Shown: positions 8,779 through 17,061 of the stretch, piece after piece
Layout: each line of letters starts with the position of its first letter
Numbering within the stretch: the stretch's first letter is position 1
Origin: an archaeon
GTDB lineage: Archaea; Iainarchaeota; Iainarchaeia; Iainarchaeales; 1-14-0-10-31-34
NCBI GenBank assembly: GCA_024277355.1
Contig: JAJRVL010000009.1
Coordinates: forward strand, 1 to 32,000
DNA length: 32,000 bases
Direction: 5' to 3'
Notes under the pieces: generated by a model
What the model saw: only the letters and a program-made list of their open reading frames with translations
Database searches by the model: none
Told to the model about the DNA's origin: nothing
Translations under genes and position numbers: made by a program

Positions 8779-8843
8779 TTAACGGTTTTGTCCGCGAATA
8801 ACGCGTGCTATTTTTGCTTTGCTCAATAGCGCACTGCAATAAA
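8779..8843 (+). other. Double-hairpin trailer, variant with an enlarged H2 loop
   Basis: cgcg-aataa-cgcg, then gtgctatt-tttgctttgctc-aatagcgcac, then TGCAATAAA. The H2 loop sequence recurs at 31950-31975 in the rRNA spacer. Confidence 0.5.
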
Positions 8844-8854
8844 GGTTTCTCTGT

Positions 8855-9664
8855 TTATTTTTTTGTTAAATGTTTGTTTAATTCAGGATAATGTCTGTCA
8901 ATTAATTTTTCATCAATCATTTTTCTAATTATTTTTGCAACAAACAATTCATTTACTTCTATTCCTTGTGTTTTAAGATTTTTTAGTATTGTAGTTATTT
9001 TTCTTCTTGGATTTTTAATTAAAATTCTTCTTGTTGCAATGCTTTTTGGTTCTAATAGAGTTTGAGGTCTTAACTTTTGTTCAATTAAAGCCATATTTTT
9101 TTCATTTACTTTAAATCTAACTGGAATTCCAGCTAAATTTATTATTACGCTGTCAAGTCTTCCTTTTTGAGAAGAAATTTGCTTACTTTTTTTTGTTATT
9201 TTTAGTTTTTGGTTTATTGATTTAATTTTATGTTCTTCTTTTTTAGCTATTCTTTCAAGTTTTGTTCCTTGTCTTTCTCTGAAAGCCATATATTTATTAA
9301 TAGCAGTTGTCAGATTTTTGGCTGTTCCTCCTTCAATTCCTAATTTTTTCCTTTTTTTAATTGATTTTTGTCCTGATTTTTGTATTGCTTTTATTACTGT
9401 TCCTTTGCTTTGCTGTATTTGTTGAGCGTATGTTTTTGCATGTCGTCTTAATTCTATTTTTGTTTTCATTTTTGCTTTCATTAATTTAAGTAAATCAATC
9501 AAAATAGTTCTGCTTTGAATTGTTCTTAGATTTCCATTCATAATTCTTCTTGTAGTAAACCTTCTTTGGCTTAAAGGTTTTTTGAAATAACCTTTTTTAG
9601 CTATGTTTTCAATTTGAATTCTTCTTGGAATCTTTCTTTTTTTAAGTGCAGGCATAATTATCAT
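8855..9664 (-). CDS. Hypothetical, extremely basic (K/R-rich) protein
   Basis: 269-aa ORF with no recognisable catalytic motif. The C-terminal segment (GIEVNELFVAKIIRKMIDEKLI) could be a small helical DNA/RNA-binding module. Confidence 0.45.
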   Translation of the reverse strand: MIIMPALKKRKIPRRIQIENIAKKGYFKKPLSQRRFTTRRIMNGNLRTIQSRTILIDLLKLMKAKMKTKIELRRHAKTYAQQIQQSKGTVIKAIQKSGQKSIKKRKKLGIEGGTAKNLTTAINKYMAFRERQGTKLERIAKKEEHKIKSINQKLKITKKSKQISSQKGRLDSVIINLAGIPVRFKVNEKNMALIEQKLRPQTLLEPKSIATRRILIKNPRRKITTILKNLKTQGIEVNELFVAKIIRKMIDEKLIDRHYPELNKHLTKK

Positions 9665-9718
9665 TCATTAAATAACTTTTATTAAATGAATTATGCTCTT
9701 AGAAATAGAAAAACCTTT

Positions 9719-9988
9719 CTATAAGATTTCCATATCAGCATTTTCAAATTTTTTGAGTCTTTCTTTTAATGAATCAACTTTTTGTTCCTGTTTCATTAGT
9801 ATGCTTGTTGCAGGAGACGCCTGAACTGAAACTGAATTCCCGTTTTTTTTGCTTACAACAAAAGAATTAATTACATCAATTGAATCTTCTTTCATTGTTC
9901 CAGTGTATCTGCATTTTTTGCATTGCATTCCATTATCAGTATACTGCAATTGAATTGAACCACATTCAGGACAATATTTCATTTTCAT
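9719..9988 (-). CDS. Small zinc-ribbon protein
   Basis: CPECGS...x16...CKKCRYTG at the N-terminus (a CxxC...CxxC ribbon). 89 aa. Confidence 0.5.
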   Translation of the reverse strand: MKMKYCPECGSIQLQYTDNGMQCKKCRYTGTMKEDSIDVINSFVVSKKNGNSVSVQASPATSILMKQEQKVDSLKERLKKFENADMEIL

Positions 9989-10074
9989 ATTTTTTCACAA
10001 CAAAAGCAATTGTATAAATAAACAGTTCATAGTATTTAAAGTTTACTCTTGTTTGCCTGAAAAAAGAAAAAAAA

Positions 10075-11025
10075 TTATTTTTTTAGTAAATCGCTTAAAC
10101 CAAATCTTTTTCCATTTTTTTCATCTTCATCTTCTGCTTCTCTTTCAGCAAAAGAAAATTTCCTTTTATTTTCATTTATTGCTTTTTCTTTTAACACTTC
10201 TTCGAATACAGTGTCATCAGATTTTTTTATTTTATATAAATTAAATAATGCAAACAAAACCAATAATACAATCAAAAAAACCATTCCTTTCCATGCATTA
10301 TCAACAGAAAAAGAATAAAAGCCTGTAACAAAATTTTCTTCCTGTAAATTTTCAGGTTTTATTTCATTTAATTCTATTTGTTTTAGTTTTTCTTCTTCAA
10401 GTAATTTTTCTGCTTCTTCTTGTTTTTTGATTTCCTGTAATTCATTTAATGAATTTTCTAATGCAGTTATTTCTTCTTTTAAAACAGAAGTTTTTTCAAT
10501 TATGTTTTGTTCATTTGAATTCTCTATTTCATCTAATTTTTGTTTTTGTTCATTTAATTTGTCAATTAAATTTTTTATTATTAAATCAACATCCTGCGAA
10601 ACCTCTTTAGGAAGGTTTTGTATTGCAGTTATAGTGTCAATTGAATTAACTTCAATTTCTTTTTCATCAATAAAAGCATTTCCATTAAAAGTTTTTATTC
10701 TAAGTTTATGTGTTCCTTCTTGTATTCCAAAATAAGAAACAAATAAAGTTAATCCTGCATTATCTTCAGGAATTTTATCAAAAACAAACGCCTTTAACAC
10801 AAAATCCTGCTGTATTACAGGTTGTTTGTCATTATAAGCATTAACAATTAATAAATCATCAAAATAAACCTCTGTTTTAGTGAATTCATTTGATGAATCC
10901 AAATCAATACTAAAGCTCCAGTTAATATTAGCAGGAATTTCTTGGGGAGCATTAATTTCTGCAGCTGAAACAACAGACAAAATCAAAATTAAAAACAAAA
11001 ATATTATTTTCTTCATTTTTTTCAC
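10075..11025 (-). CDS. Secreted coiled-coil protein with a single C-terminal TM helix and acidic cytoplasmic tail
   Basis: Signal peptide MKKMKKIIFLFLILILSVVSAAE, a long heptad-like E/K/L-rich segment, the TM helix GMVFLIVLLVLFALFNLY, then EREAEDEDEK. Confidence 0.55.
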   Translation of the reverse strand: MKKMKKIIFLFLILILSVVSAAEINAPQEIPANINWSFSIDLDSSNEFTKTEVYFDDLLIVNAYNDKQPVIQQDFVLKAFVFDKIPEDNAGLTLFVSYFGIQEGTHKLRIKTFNGNAFIDEKEIEVNSIDTITAIQNLPKEVSQDVDLIIKNLIDKLNEQKQKLDEIENSNEQNIIEKTSVLKEEITALENSLNELQEIKKQEEAEKLLEEEKLKQIELNEIKPENLQEENFVTGFYSFSVDNAWKGMVFLIVLLVLFALFNLYKIKKSDDTVFEEVLKEKAINENKRKFSFAEREAEDEDEKNGKRFGLSDLLKK

Positions 11026-11106
11026 TGAAATAATGTTGTTTTTATTGCTTATTAATTCTTTTGTTTTCTGTTTCCTTATTTAAATTTTTAGGCTTTTTTT
11101 TATTAC

Positions 11107-11562
11107 ATGAAAGCTTTAATTTCTTTTGTTAATTCAGCTGAAACAAAAAAGTTAACTGAAACCATAAAAGAAGAATTACAGGAAAAAAATTATTCAGTTC
11201 AGTTATCTGAAATAATCAAACAAAAAAAACAACCTAAATCAAATAAAGGAAAACCAGCTAAACTAAAATCAGGAATAACTGACTGGAAGCCTTTTGATTT
11301 AATTGTTTTAGGTTTTCCTGTTATTGGAATTTCTTCTTCTCATTTAATGAATGACTACTTAAAACAATGCATTAACATAAAAGGAAAACAAGCAGCAATA
11401 TTTATTGCTTGTATTGGACTGCATGGAAATGCCTTAAAAAAAGCTTCTTCAATTGTTTCTTTTCACGGCGGAAAAGTAAAAGATTCAATTATTATTTCTT
11501 CTTTTTTAGGTTTAAACGAAAAAAAAATTCAGCAAGCAAAAAATTTTGCTTTAAAACTCTAA
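11107..11562 (+). CDS. Hypothetical protein, possible flavodoxin-like fold
   Basis: Alternating beta/alpha pattern (KALISFVNS..., DLIVLGFPVIG, KQAAIFIACIG). This is weak and based on pattern only. Confidence 0.4.
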   Translation: MKALISFVNSAETKKLTETIKEELQEKNYSVQLSEIIKQKKQPKSNKGKPAKLKSGITDWKPFDLIVLGFPVIGISSSHLMNDYLKQCINIKGKQAAIFIACIGLHGNALKKASSIVSFHGGKVKDSIIISSFLGLNEKKIQQAKNFALKL

Positions 11563-11668
11563 ATAAAAAAGCAAGATTTAAATACTTCTTTTATGTTTTA
11601 TTTACATAAGGGGATTTTGCATTAATTTATTCGGAAACGAAATAAATGGCAACAACAAAACTAATTTA

Positions 11669-12109
11669 ATGCATTTATATACTTTCAATGAACTCAATAA
11701 AATGCATTTTTCAGGAAACTTAAATATTAAAAAAATTCAACCAGAACAAACAGTTTTAATTCACTCAAAAAAAAATTTTTTGTTATCTAATGAAGGAAGA
11801 TTTGATTTTTTAGTTGAAACAAAAACAAACAAACTAATCGGAATGGAAGTTTTAACTAGACCTTCAAAAGGCAAAATGAAAAATAAATTACGTTATGCAA
11901 AAGAAGCAGATGAATTTATTTTTGTTCTGCCGTTTAATGCAATGGAATTTTACAGGAAACAAAAAAAAATTTTCCACAAAAAAGCTAAACTAAAATTCTT
12001 TGGCAAAGAATTCTCAGACAAAAACCTGTTTGTCTGGCTTTTAGATTTAAAAAATGGGATTTTTACAGAAAAAAATACTTTTAATAAAGTATTTAATGTT
12101 AAAGCATAG
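11669..12109 (+). CDS. Hypothetical protein (possible PD-(D/E)xK-like core, RFDFLVE...GMEVLTRPSKGK)
   Basis: 146-aa ORF. The D...E.L/K arrangement is suggestive only. Confidence 0.4.
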   Translation: MHLYTFNELNKMHFSGNLNIKKIQPEQTVLIHSKKNFLLSNEGRFDFLVETKTNKLIGMEVLTRPSKGKMKNKLRYAKEADEFIFVLPFNAMEFYRKQKKIFHKKAKLKFFGKEFSDKNLFVWLLDLKNGIFTEKNTFNKVFNVKA

Positions 12110-12151
12110 TGGCGTGTTTTTAAATTTTTTTGCTGACTTTTTATTAATCAA

Positions 12152-12339
12152 GGGCCTGTAGCCTAGTGGATAAGGCATCAGCCTTCTAAACTTTTTTCGC
12201 AAAAAAGTTTAATCAAAAAAACCTTTTTCAAAAAAAGGTTTATCAAAAACGTTTTTGCTTTGCAAAAACTATTGATTTTTTTTGGTTTGGAAATAGTTAA
12301 GATAGCTGAGGATCGTGGGTTCGAATCCTCCCAGGCCCG
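12152..12339 (+). tRNA. tRNA-Arg(UCU) interrupted by a 115-nt intron at the canonical 37/38 position
   Basis: Exon 1 is gggcctg-ta-gcct-agtggata-aggc-a-tcagc-cttcta. Exon 2 is a-gctga-ggatc-gtggg-ttcgaat-cctcc-caggccc-g. Acceptor and anticodon stems are perfect; there is one T-stem mismatch (U50/C64). Confidence 0.85.
12189..12303 (+). other. BHB intron of tRNA-Arg, built almost entirely from three palindromic repeat units
   Basis: BHB: the central helix joins nt 33-35 (ttc) to intron aag (12299-12301). The 3-nt bulges are t-a-a (12187-12189) and a-t-a (12302-12304). The outer helix pairs acttttttc (12190-12198) with ggaaatagt (12289-12297). The body reads aaacttttttcgcaaaaaagttt|aatcaaaaa|aacctttttcaaaaaaaggttt|atcaaaaac|gtttttgctttgcaaaaac. 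Confidence 0.75.
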
Positions 12340-12405
12340 TAAACTTTTAAGAAAATAAGATTTTTGATTGAGTTTGCATTTTGACAGCATGACTGAATGA
12401 AATGA

Positions 12406-12440
12406 AGTCGTGCATCGTTGTGTCGCGGGCGAAACCGGGA
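12406..12440 (+). other. Conserved RNA-flank motif AGTCGTGCATCGT + hairpin with GCGAAA loop
   Basis: agtcgtgcatcgttgtg-tcgcgg-gcgaaa-ccggga here. On the minus strand of the rRNA spacer, agtcgtgcatcgtgct-taaacg-gcgaaa-cgttta occurs at 31862-31895, and the same sequence with a preceding A-T instead of A-G occurs at 31465-31498. The stems differ but keep their pairing. Confidence 0.5.
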
Positions 12441-14285
12441 TCATTTTTCTTTCATTTTAGGATAAATTAAACTAAAGACAATCATTAATACTGCAGGAAC
12501 AACTAATAAAAGTACTTGAGGTAAAAGGAAAAATAAAGGTGTGCCTCTAACTAAAATTGCAGTAATTAATTCTGTTGCAATAGTTAAAGGCAGTATTTCA
12601 CTTATTACTTTTATAAACGGCGGCATAAAAGAAGTAGGCAAAATCATTCCACTCAAAAAAATTAATGGAACAATAATAAGCAAAGATGAAAGTATTGCAG
12701 TTGATTGTGTTTTAGTAAAGTTAGTTAAAAAAATTCCCATTGAAATAAAACTAAAAGAAATTAAAATTAAAACAAAAAATAATTCAATTAAATTTCCTAA
12801 AGGAACTACTCCAAAGCCAACAAAAGCTACAACTAAAATTATTATTGCTTCAATTAAAGCAAAAATCATTTGACCTAAAATTTTTCCTGAAATCCAGGTA
12901 ATACGTAAAGTTGGAGATAATTTTGCTCTTAATTCTGCTCCCTGGTTTTTTTCTAATATAACTGAAATACTAGTCAACAATAAACAAGTTAAAAGCAACA
13001 CTATTGCTATTGCAATTGGAGTTAAAACTGAAACTTCAGTTGATTCATATAATGGTTCTTTTGTTATAGTTAAAGGTCTTACAACTGTTTCAGGAGACAA
13101 AGAACTTAAATTATCTAATTTAGATGAAAGCAACTGCATTTGCTGTTTTGTTTCAGTTAAATCATTTAAAACTGATTCCCTTGATTTTTTTGCTTCAGTT
13201 AACATTAATTTAATTTGATTTAAAGTATTCTGCATTGAATTAACAGTATATTTAAATGACTGAATACTTGAGTTAGCTGAATTTAATTGTATGTCAACTT
13301 CATTTAATTTATTTAAAGTCTGATTTAATTTATTGTTTGTTTCATCTAAGTCAATTAATGCCTGATCTAATTCATTAATTGAAGTGTTTAATTCATTTAT
13401 TACATCAGTTAATTGGTTTTCAATTGGAATTAATTGGGAAGCTATTTCTTCAGGCGAAGAATTTCTAATTGAAGTAATCTGATTTCTTAATGAAGTTAAT
13501 TCATCTCTGTAATAAACTAAATTATTTCTTGTATTTTGTATTTTTGTTCTGTAACCTGAAAGTTTTGATTGCGCTGAATAAATTTCATTTCTTGTATCAC
13601 TAATATCGTTTTTTGCCTGAATATAATATGAATCAAATTCGTTTAGTTGGTTTTGCATTGAAGTTAAGTCAATTTGATTTAATTGGTTTTCTAAATTATT
13701 TAAAGTGAAATAAGATGAATTAAGTTTGTCAATAAAACTATCAATTGTTTTTATTTCTTCTTTTACTGTGCTTTTAATTGACTCTAAATTAGATAAAATT
13801 CCTTTTAAGGTTTCAGTTGCTTTTTTGTGGCTTACTTCACTTAAAATTGTTTGAGTTACAAACAAAGTAACTTGTGTTTCTAATAGGGATGAATTATCAA
13901 ATAAAATTATTGTATCAATTCCAGAATAACTGTTTTTTGGTTCTTTAATTATTATTCCTATTTTTGTTTTTCTTTTTTCTATTGACTGTTTTACTTGTTC
14001 TTCAGAAGAATATCTTACTAAGCGTATTGCTTTATATGAATCTAATTCTGTTAGAAGTCCTTCAATTTCTCCTCCAAAAATAGTTGAATTATTATCATTA
14101 TTATTTGGAATATAAACTGCTACATCCATTTCTGAAAAACCTGTTCCAGTAAAAATATTTACGTTTCCAAAAGCAACTCCAATAGCTAAAATAGTTATAA
14201 TTGGAAAAAATAAAATTAAAAGCATTGAAATTTTCTGTGTTTTAATTAACTTTAATTCTTTTGCTGCAATTTTCAGTAATTTCAT
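12441..14285 (-). CDS. ABC-2 type exporter permease with a large extracytoplasmic coiled-coil insert (YhgE/Pip-like architecture)
   Basis: One N-terminal TM helix, about 380 aa of N/Q/S/L-rich coiled-coil repeats, then 5 C-terminal TM helices. It lies immediately downstream of the ABC ATPase. Confidence 0.75.
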   Translation of the reverse strand: MKLLKIAAKELKLIKTQKISMLLILFFPIITILAIGVAFGNVNIFTGTGFSEMDVAVYIPNNNDNNSTIFGGEIEGLLTELDSYKAIRLVRYSSEEQVKQSIEKRKTKIGIIIKEPKNSYSGIDTIILFDNSSLLETQVTLFVTQTILSEVSHKKATETLKGILSNLESIKSTVKEEIKTIDSFIDKLNSSYFTLNNLENQLNQIDLTSMQNQLNEFDSYYIQAKNDISDTRNEIYSAQSKLSGYRTKIQNTRNNLVYYRDELTSLRNQITSIRNSSPEEIASQLIPIENQLTDVINELNTSINELDQALIDLDETNNKLNQTLNKLNEVDIQLNSANSSIQSFKYTVNSMQNTLNQIKLMLTEAKKSRESVLNDLTETKQQMQLLSSKLDNLSSLSPETVVRPLTITKEPLYESTEVSVLTPIAIAIVLLLTCLLLTSISVILEKNQGAELRAKLSPTLRITWISGKILGQMIFALIEAIIILVVAFVGFGVVPLGNLIELFFVLILISFSFISMGIFLTNFTKTQSTAILSSLLIIVPLIFLSGMILPTSFMPPFIKVISEILPLTIATELITAILVRGTPLFFLLPQVLLLVVPAVLMIVFSLIYPKMKEK

Positions 14286-14303
14286 TTTGATTCCTTTTTT
14301 TTT

Positions 14304-14335
14304 GTTTTTGATAAACCTTTTTTTGAAAAAGGTTT
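14304..14335. repeat. A-type palindromic unit in the ATPase-permease junction
   Basis: gtttttgataaacctttttttgaaaaaggttt. It is flanked by tgattcct+T-run on both sides (14288-14295 and 14339-14346). Confidence 0.65.
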
Positions 14336-15301
14336 TTATGATTCCTCTTTTTGCACGTTTTTTATTCCTTCAGCTTTTTTTCCAGTTAAATTCAAAAAAA
14401 CATTTTCTAAGTCTGGTTCTTTTATTGTGGTTTTTGTTACTGCAAAATTATTTGCTTTAACTATTAAACTTATTTTAGATAAAGCAGTTATTTCATTTTT
14501 TCCAATAAAAGAAAAATTTACTATTTGTTTATTAATGTAAACTTTTCCAAAAGCCTTATTTAATTCTTCTTCAAGTTTTTTTGTTGCAGGTTTATCTAAT
14601 TCAAAAACAAAATTTTTTTCTCCGCCAAACTTGTCAATTAATTTTCCAGGAGAATCACATACAAAAATTTTTCCTTCTAAAATTAATGCAATTCTATTGC
14701 ATAGTTCTTGTGCTTCATCCATATAATGAGTTGTAATAAACAAAGTTTTTCCTTTGCTTTTTAATTCCCTTAATTTTTTCCATAATAATCTTCTCATGTC
14801 AGGATCTAATCCTACAGTTGGTTCATCTAAAAAAATAAATGAAGGATTATAAATCAAAGAACAAGCAATATTCAGCATTCTTCTGTATCCTCCTGATAAA
14901 TTTTCTGCTTTTCTTTTTCTAAAATAACTTAAGTTAAGCCATTCCAATAAAAAATCAGTTCTTTGCTTTAATTCTTTTCCTTTTATGCCGTATAATGAAC
15001 CAAAAAAAACAAGGTTTTCTTCAACAGAAAAAAAACGATAAAATGATTCTTCTTGCGGAATAAAAGCAACATGTTTCCTTAATTCCATTTCTTTTGGCTT
15101 GAATTTCCCAAAAAATTTTGCTTTTCCTGCATCCTGTAAAGCTAATCCATTTAATATTTTCATTAAAGTGCTTTTGCCGGCTCCATTCGGTCCTAACAAA
15201 CCAAATATTTCACTTTTATTTACTTCAAGGTTTACATCCCTTAAAACTTTCTGTTTTCCGTAAGCTTTAGAAATATTCTCTGTTTTCAATGCTATTGACA
15301 T
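14336..15301 (-). CDS. ABC transporter ATP-binding protein
   Basis: Walker A GPNGAGKST, signature LSGGYRRML, Walker B FIFLDEPTVGLD, H-loop TTHYMDE. The track start at 15343 is TTG; the ATG at 15301 (MSIALKTENISKAYG) fits the family N-terminus. Confidence 0.9.
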   Translation of the reverse strand: MSIALKTENISKAYGKQKVLRDVNLEVNKSEIFGLLGPNGAGKSTLMKILNGLALQDAGKAKFFGKFKPKEMELRKHVAFIPQEESFYRFFSVEENLVFFGSLYGIKGKELKQRTDFLLEWLNLSYFRKRKAENLSGGYRRMLNIACSLIYNPSFIFLDEPTVGLDPDMRRLLWKKLRELKSKGKTLFITTHYMDEAQELCNRIALILEGKIFVCDSPGKLIDKFGGEKNFVFELDKPATKKLEEELNKAFGKVYINKQIVNFSFIGKNEITALSKISLIVKANNFAVTKTTIKEPDLENVFLNLTGKKAEGIKNVQKEES

Positions 15302-15359
15302 GCTATTAATACTCAAAGCAACTATAAAAAACTTTTCAGACAAAAATATTTAGGTTTAA

Positions 15360-16964
15360 ATGAATTCAAAAAAAATTCTTTCAAATGAATTAACTAAAAT
15401 AATTAATTCTCCTGAAATAACACTAAAAAAATTACAGGAATTAATTGAAATTCCTCCTGCAAAAGAATTAGGGGATTATTCTTTACCTTGCTTTAAGTTA
15501 ACTAAAGCATTAAAAAAAAATCCCCAAGAAATTGCATTATTTTTAAAAGAAAAATTAATTAAAATTCCTTTAATTGATTCAATTGAAACAAAAGGCCCTT
15601 ACCTTAATTTTTTCTTAAATCATTCTTTTATTGCAAACAAATTAATTCCAGAAATATTAAAGAAAAAAGATTTATTTGGAAAACAAAAAAATTTAAATAA
15701 AAAAGTAATGATTGAATATTCTTCTCCTAACACAAACAAGCCTTTGCATATAGGTCATTTAAGAAATGATTCAATTGGAATGAGTTTAAATAATTTATTT
15801 GAATTTAATGGATTTAAATGCATTAAATCAATTTTAATTAATGACCGAGGAGTGCATATTTCAAAATCAATGTTAGCTTACCAAAAATTTGGTAAAGGAA
15901 AAAAACCACAAAAAAAATCAGATCATTTTGTTGGAGATTATTATGTTTTATTTAATCAAAAAGCAAAAGATAATCCTGAATTAGAAAAACAAGCTTTAGA
16001 GTTGCTTGCAAAATGGGAAAAAAAAGACAAAGACACTTTAAGTTTATGGAAAAAAATGAATGACTGGAGTATTAAAGGATTATTCCAGACATACAAAAAA
16101 TTTGGTTCTGAATTTAATGTAATATACAAAGAATCAGATTATTTTAATAAAGGAAAAAAAATAATTGAATCAGGACTCCAAAAAAAAGTTTTTGAAAAAG
16201 ATAAAGAACAAAACATTATTGTTGACTTAGAAAAATTTAATTTAGGAAAAAAAGTTGTTTTAAGAGCAGATGGAACTTCAATTTATTTCACTAATGACTT
16301 AATTTTGTCAGTAGAAAAATTTAAACATAAATTAGAAAAAAATTTATGGGTTGTTGGTTCAGAACGAAACTTTTATTTTAAACAATTATTTAAAACTTTA
16401 GAATTACTTGGATTTGAATGGATAAATAAATGCAAACATTACAGTTATGGAATGGTTTATTTGCCTGAAGGGAAAATGAAGTCAAGAGAAGGAAAAGTAG
16501 TTGATGCAGACAATTTAATTGAAGAATTAACTGAAATGGCTAAAAAAGAATTAAAGAAAAGAAATTCTTCTTTATCAGAAAAAGAATTAAATAAGAGAGC
16601 TGAAGTAATCGGCATTGGAGCAATAAAATTCTTTTTATTAAAAGTTGATGCAGTAAAAGATATTCATTTTAATCCTGAAGAAAGCATTTCTTTTGAAGGA
16701 GAAACTTCTGCTTTTATTCAGTATTCTTATGCAAGATGCAAAAGTATTTTAAAAAAATCAAAAAAATCAGGAAACCCTGTTTTTAGTAATTTAACTGAAG
16801 AAGAAAAAAACTTAATTTCAAAACTTTCTTTGTTTGAAGAAAAAGTTATTCTTGCATTTAATCTGTTGTCCCCTCATATCTTGTGTCATTATTTACTTGA
16901 TTTAACCAGTTCATTTAATTCTTTTTATCAGAACTGCAAAGTATTAAATGAAGAAAAAAATTAA
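15360..16964 (+). CDS. argS: Arginyl-tRNA synthetase, main body (stops 30 codons before the conserved C-terminus)
   Basis: Class I HIGH motif SSPNTNKPLHIGHLRN, an MSK-like GKMKSREGK, and a DALR-type anticodon-binding region. It stops at the TAA (16962-16964) right after an A7 tract. Confidence 0.9.
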   Translation: MNSKKILSNELTKIINSPEITLKKLQELIEIPPAKELGDYSLPCFKLTKALKKNPQEIALFLKEKLIKIPLIDSIETKGPYLNFFLNHSFIANKLIPEILKKKDLFGKQKNLNKKVMIEYSSPNTNKPLHIGHLRNDSIGMSLNNLFEFNGFKCIKSILINDRGVHISKSMLAYQKFGKGKKPQKKSDHFVGDYYVLFNQKAKDNPELEKQALELLAKWEKKDKDTLSLWKKMNDWSIKGLFQTYKKFGSEFNVIYKESDYFNKGKKIIESGLQKKVFEKDKEQNIIVDLEKFNLGKKVVLRADGTSIYFTNDLILSVEKFKHKLEKNLWVVGSERNFYFKQLFKTLELLGFEWINKCKHYSYGMVYLPEGKMKSREGKVVDADNLIEELTEMAKKELKKRNSSLSEKELNKRAEVIGIGAIKFFLLKVDAVKDIHFNPEESISFEGETSAFIQYSYARCKSILKKSKKSGNPVFSNLTEEEKNLISKLSLFEEKVILAFNLLSPHILCHYLLDLTSSFNSFYQNCKVLNEEKN

Positions 16965-17056
16965 TGAATTCAAGATTAGCTTTAGTTGAAAGCACTTCAG
17001 TTATTTTAAATAATGGATTAAATTTACTTGGAATTAAAACTTTAAATGAAATGTGA
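16964..17056 (+). CDS. argS: Detached ArgRS C-terminal segment (30 aa) in a different reading frame
   Basis: MNSRLALVESTSVILNNGLNLLGIKTLNEM* matches the ArgRS C-terminal helix pattern (RLAL...L..GL.LLGI....M-stop). Its ATG overlaps the TAA of the main ORF (TAATG). Confidence 0.8.
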   Translation: MNSRLALVESTSVILNNGLNLLGIKTLNEM

Positions 17057-17061
17057 TTGTT

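Noticed and set aside
8721-8843. tRNA-Leu relic as the 3' half of a split tRNA
   Set aside because: A complete, well-folding tRNA-Leu lies immediately upstream. The relic cannot form a T stem, and there is no complementary leader/trailer pair of the kind seen at split tRNA genes.
8779-12151. Prophage or integrative element call for the tRNA-bounded block
   Set aside because: There is no integrase, replication, capsid or packaging gene, and no matching repeat at the right boundary. It is reported only as a low-interest hypothesis.
12178-12444. Track ORF 12178..12444 (-)
   Set aside because: It lies entirely within the tRNA-Arg intron, exon 2 and the trailer, so it is an RNA gene region and not coding.
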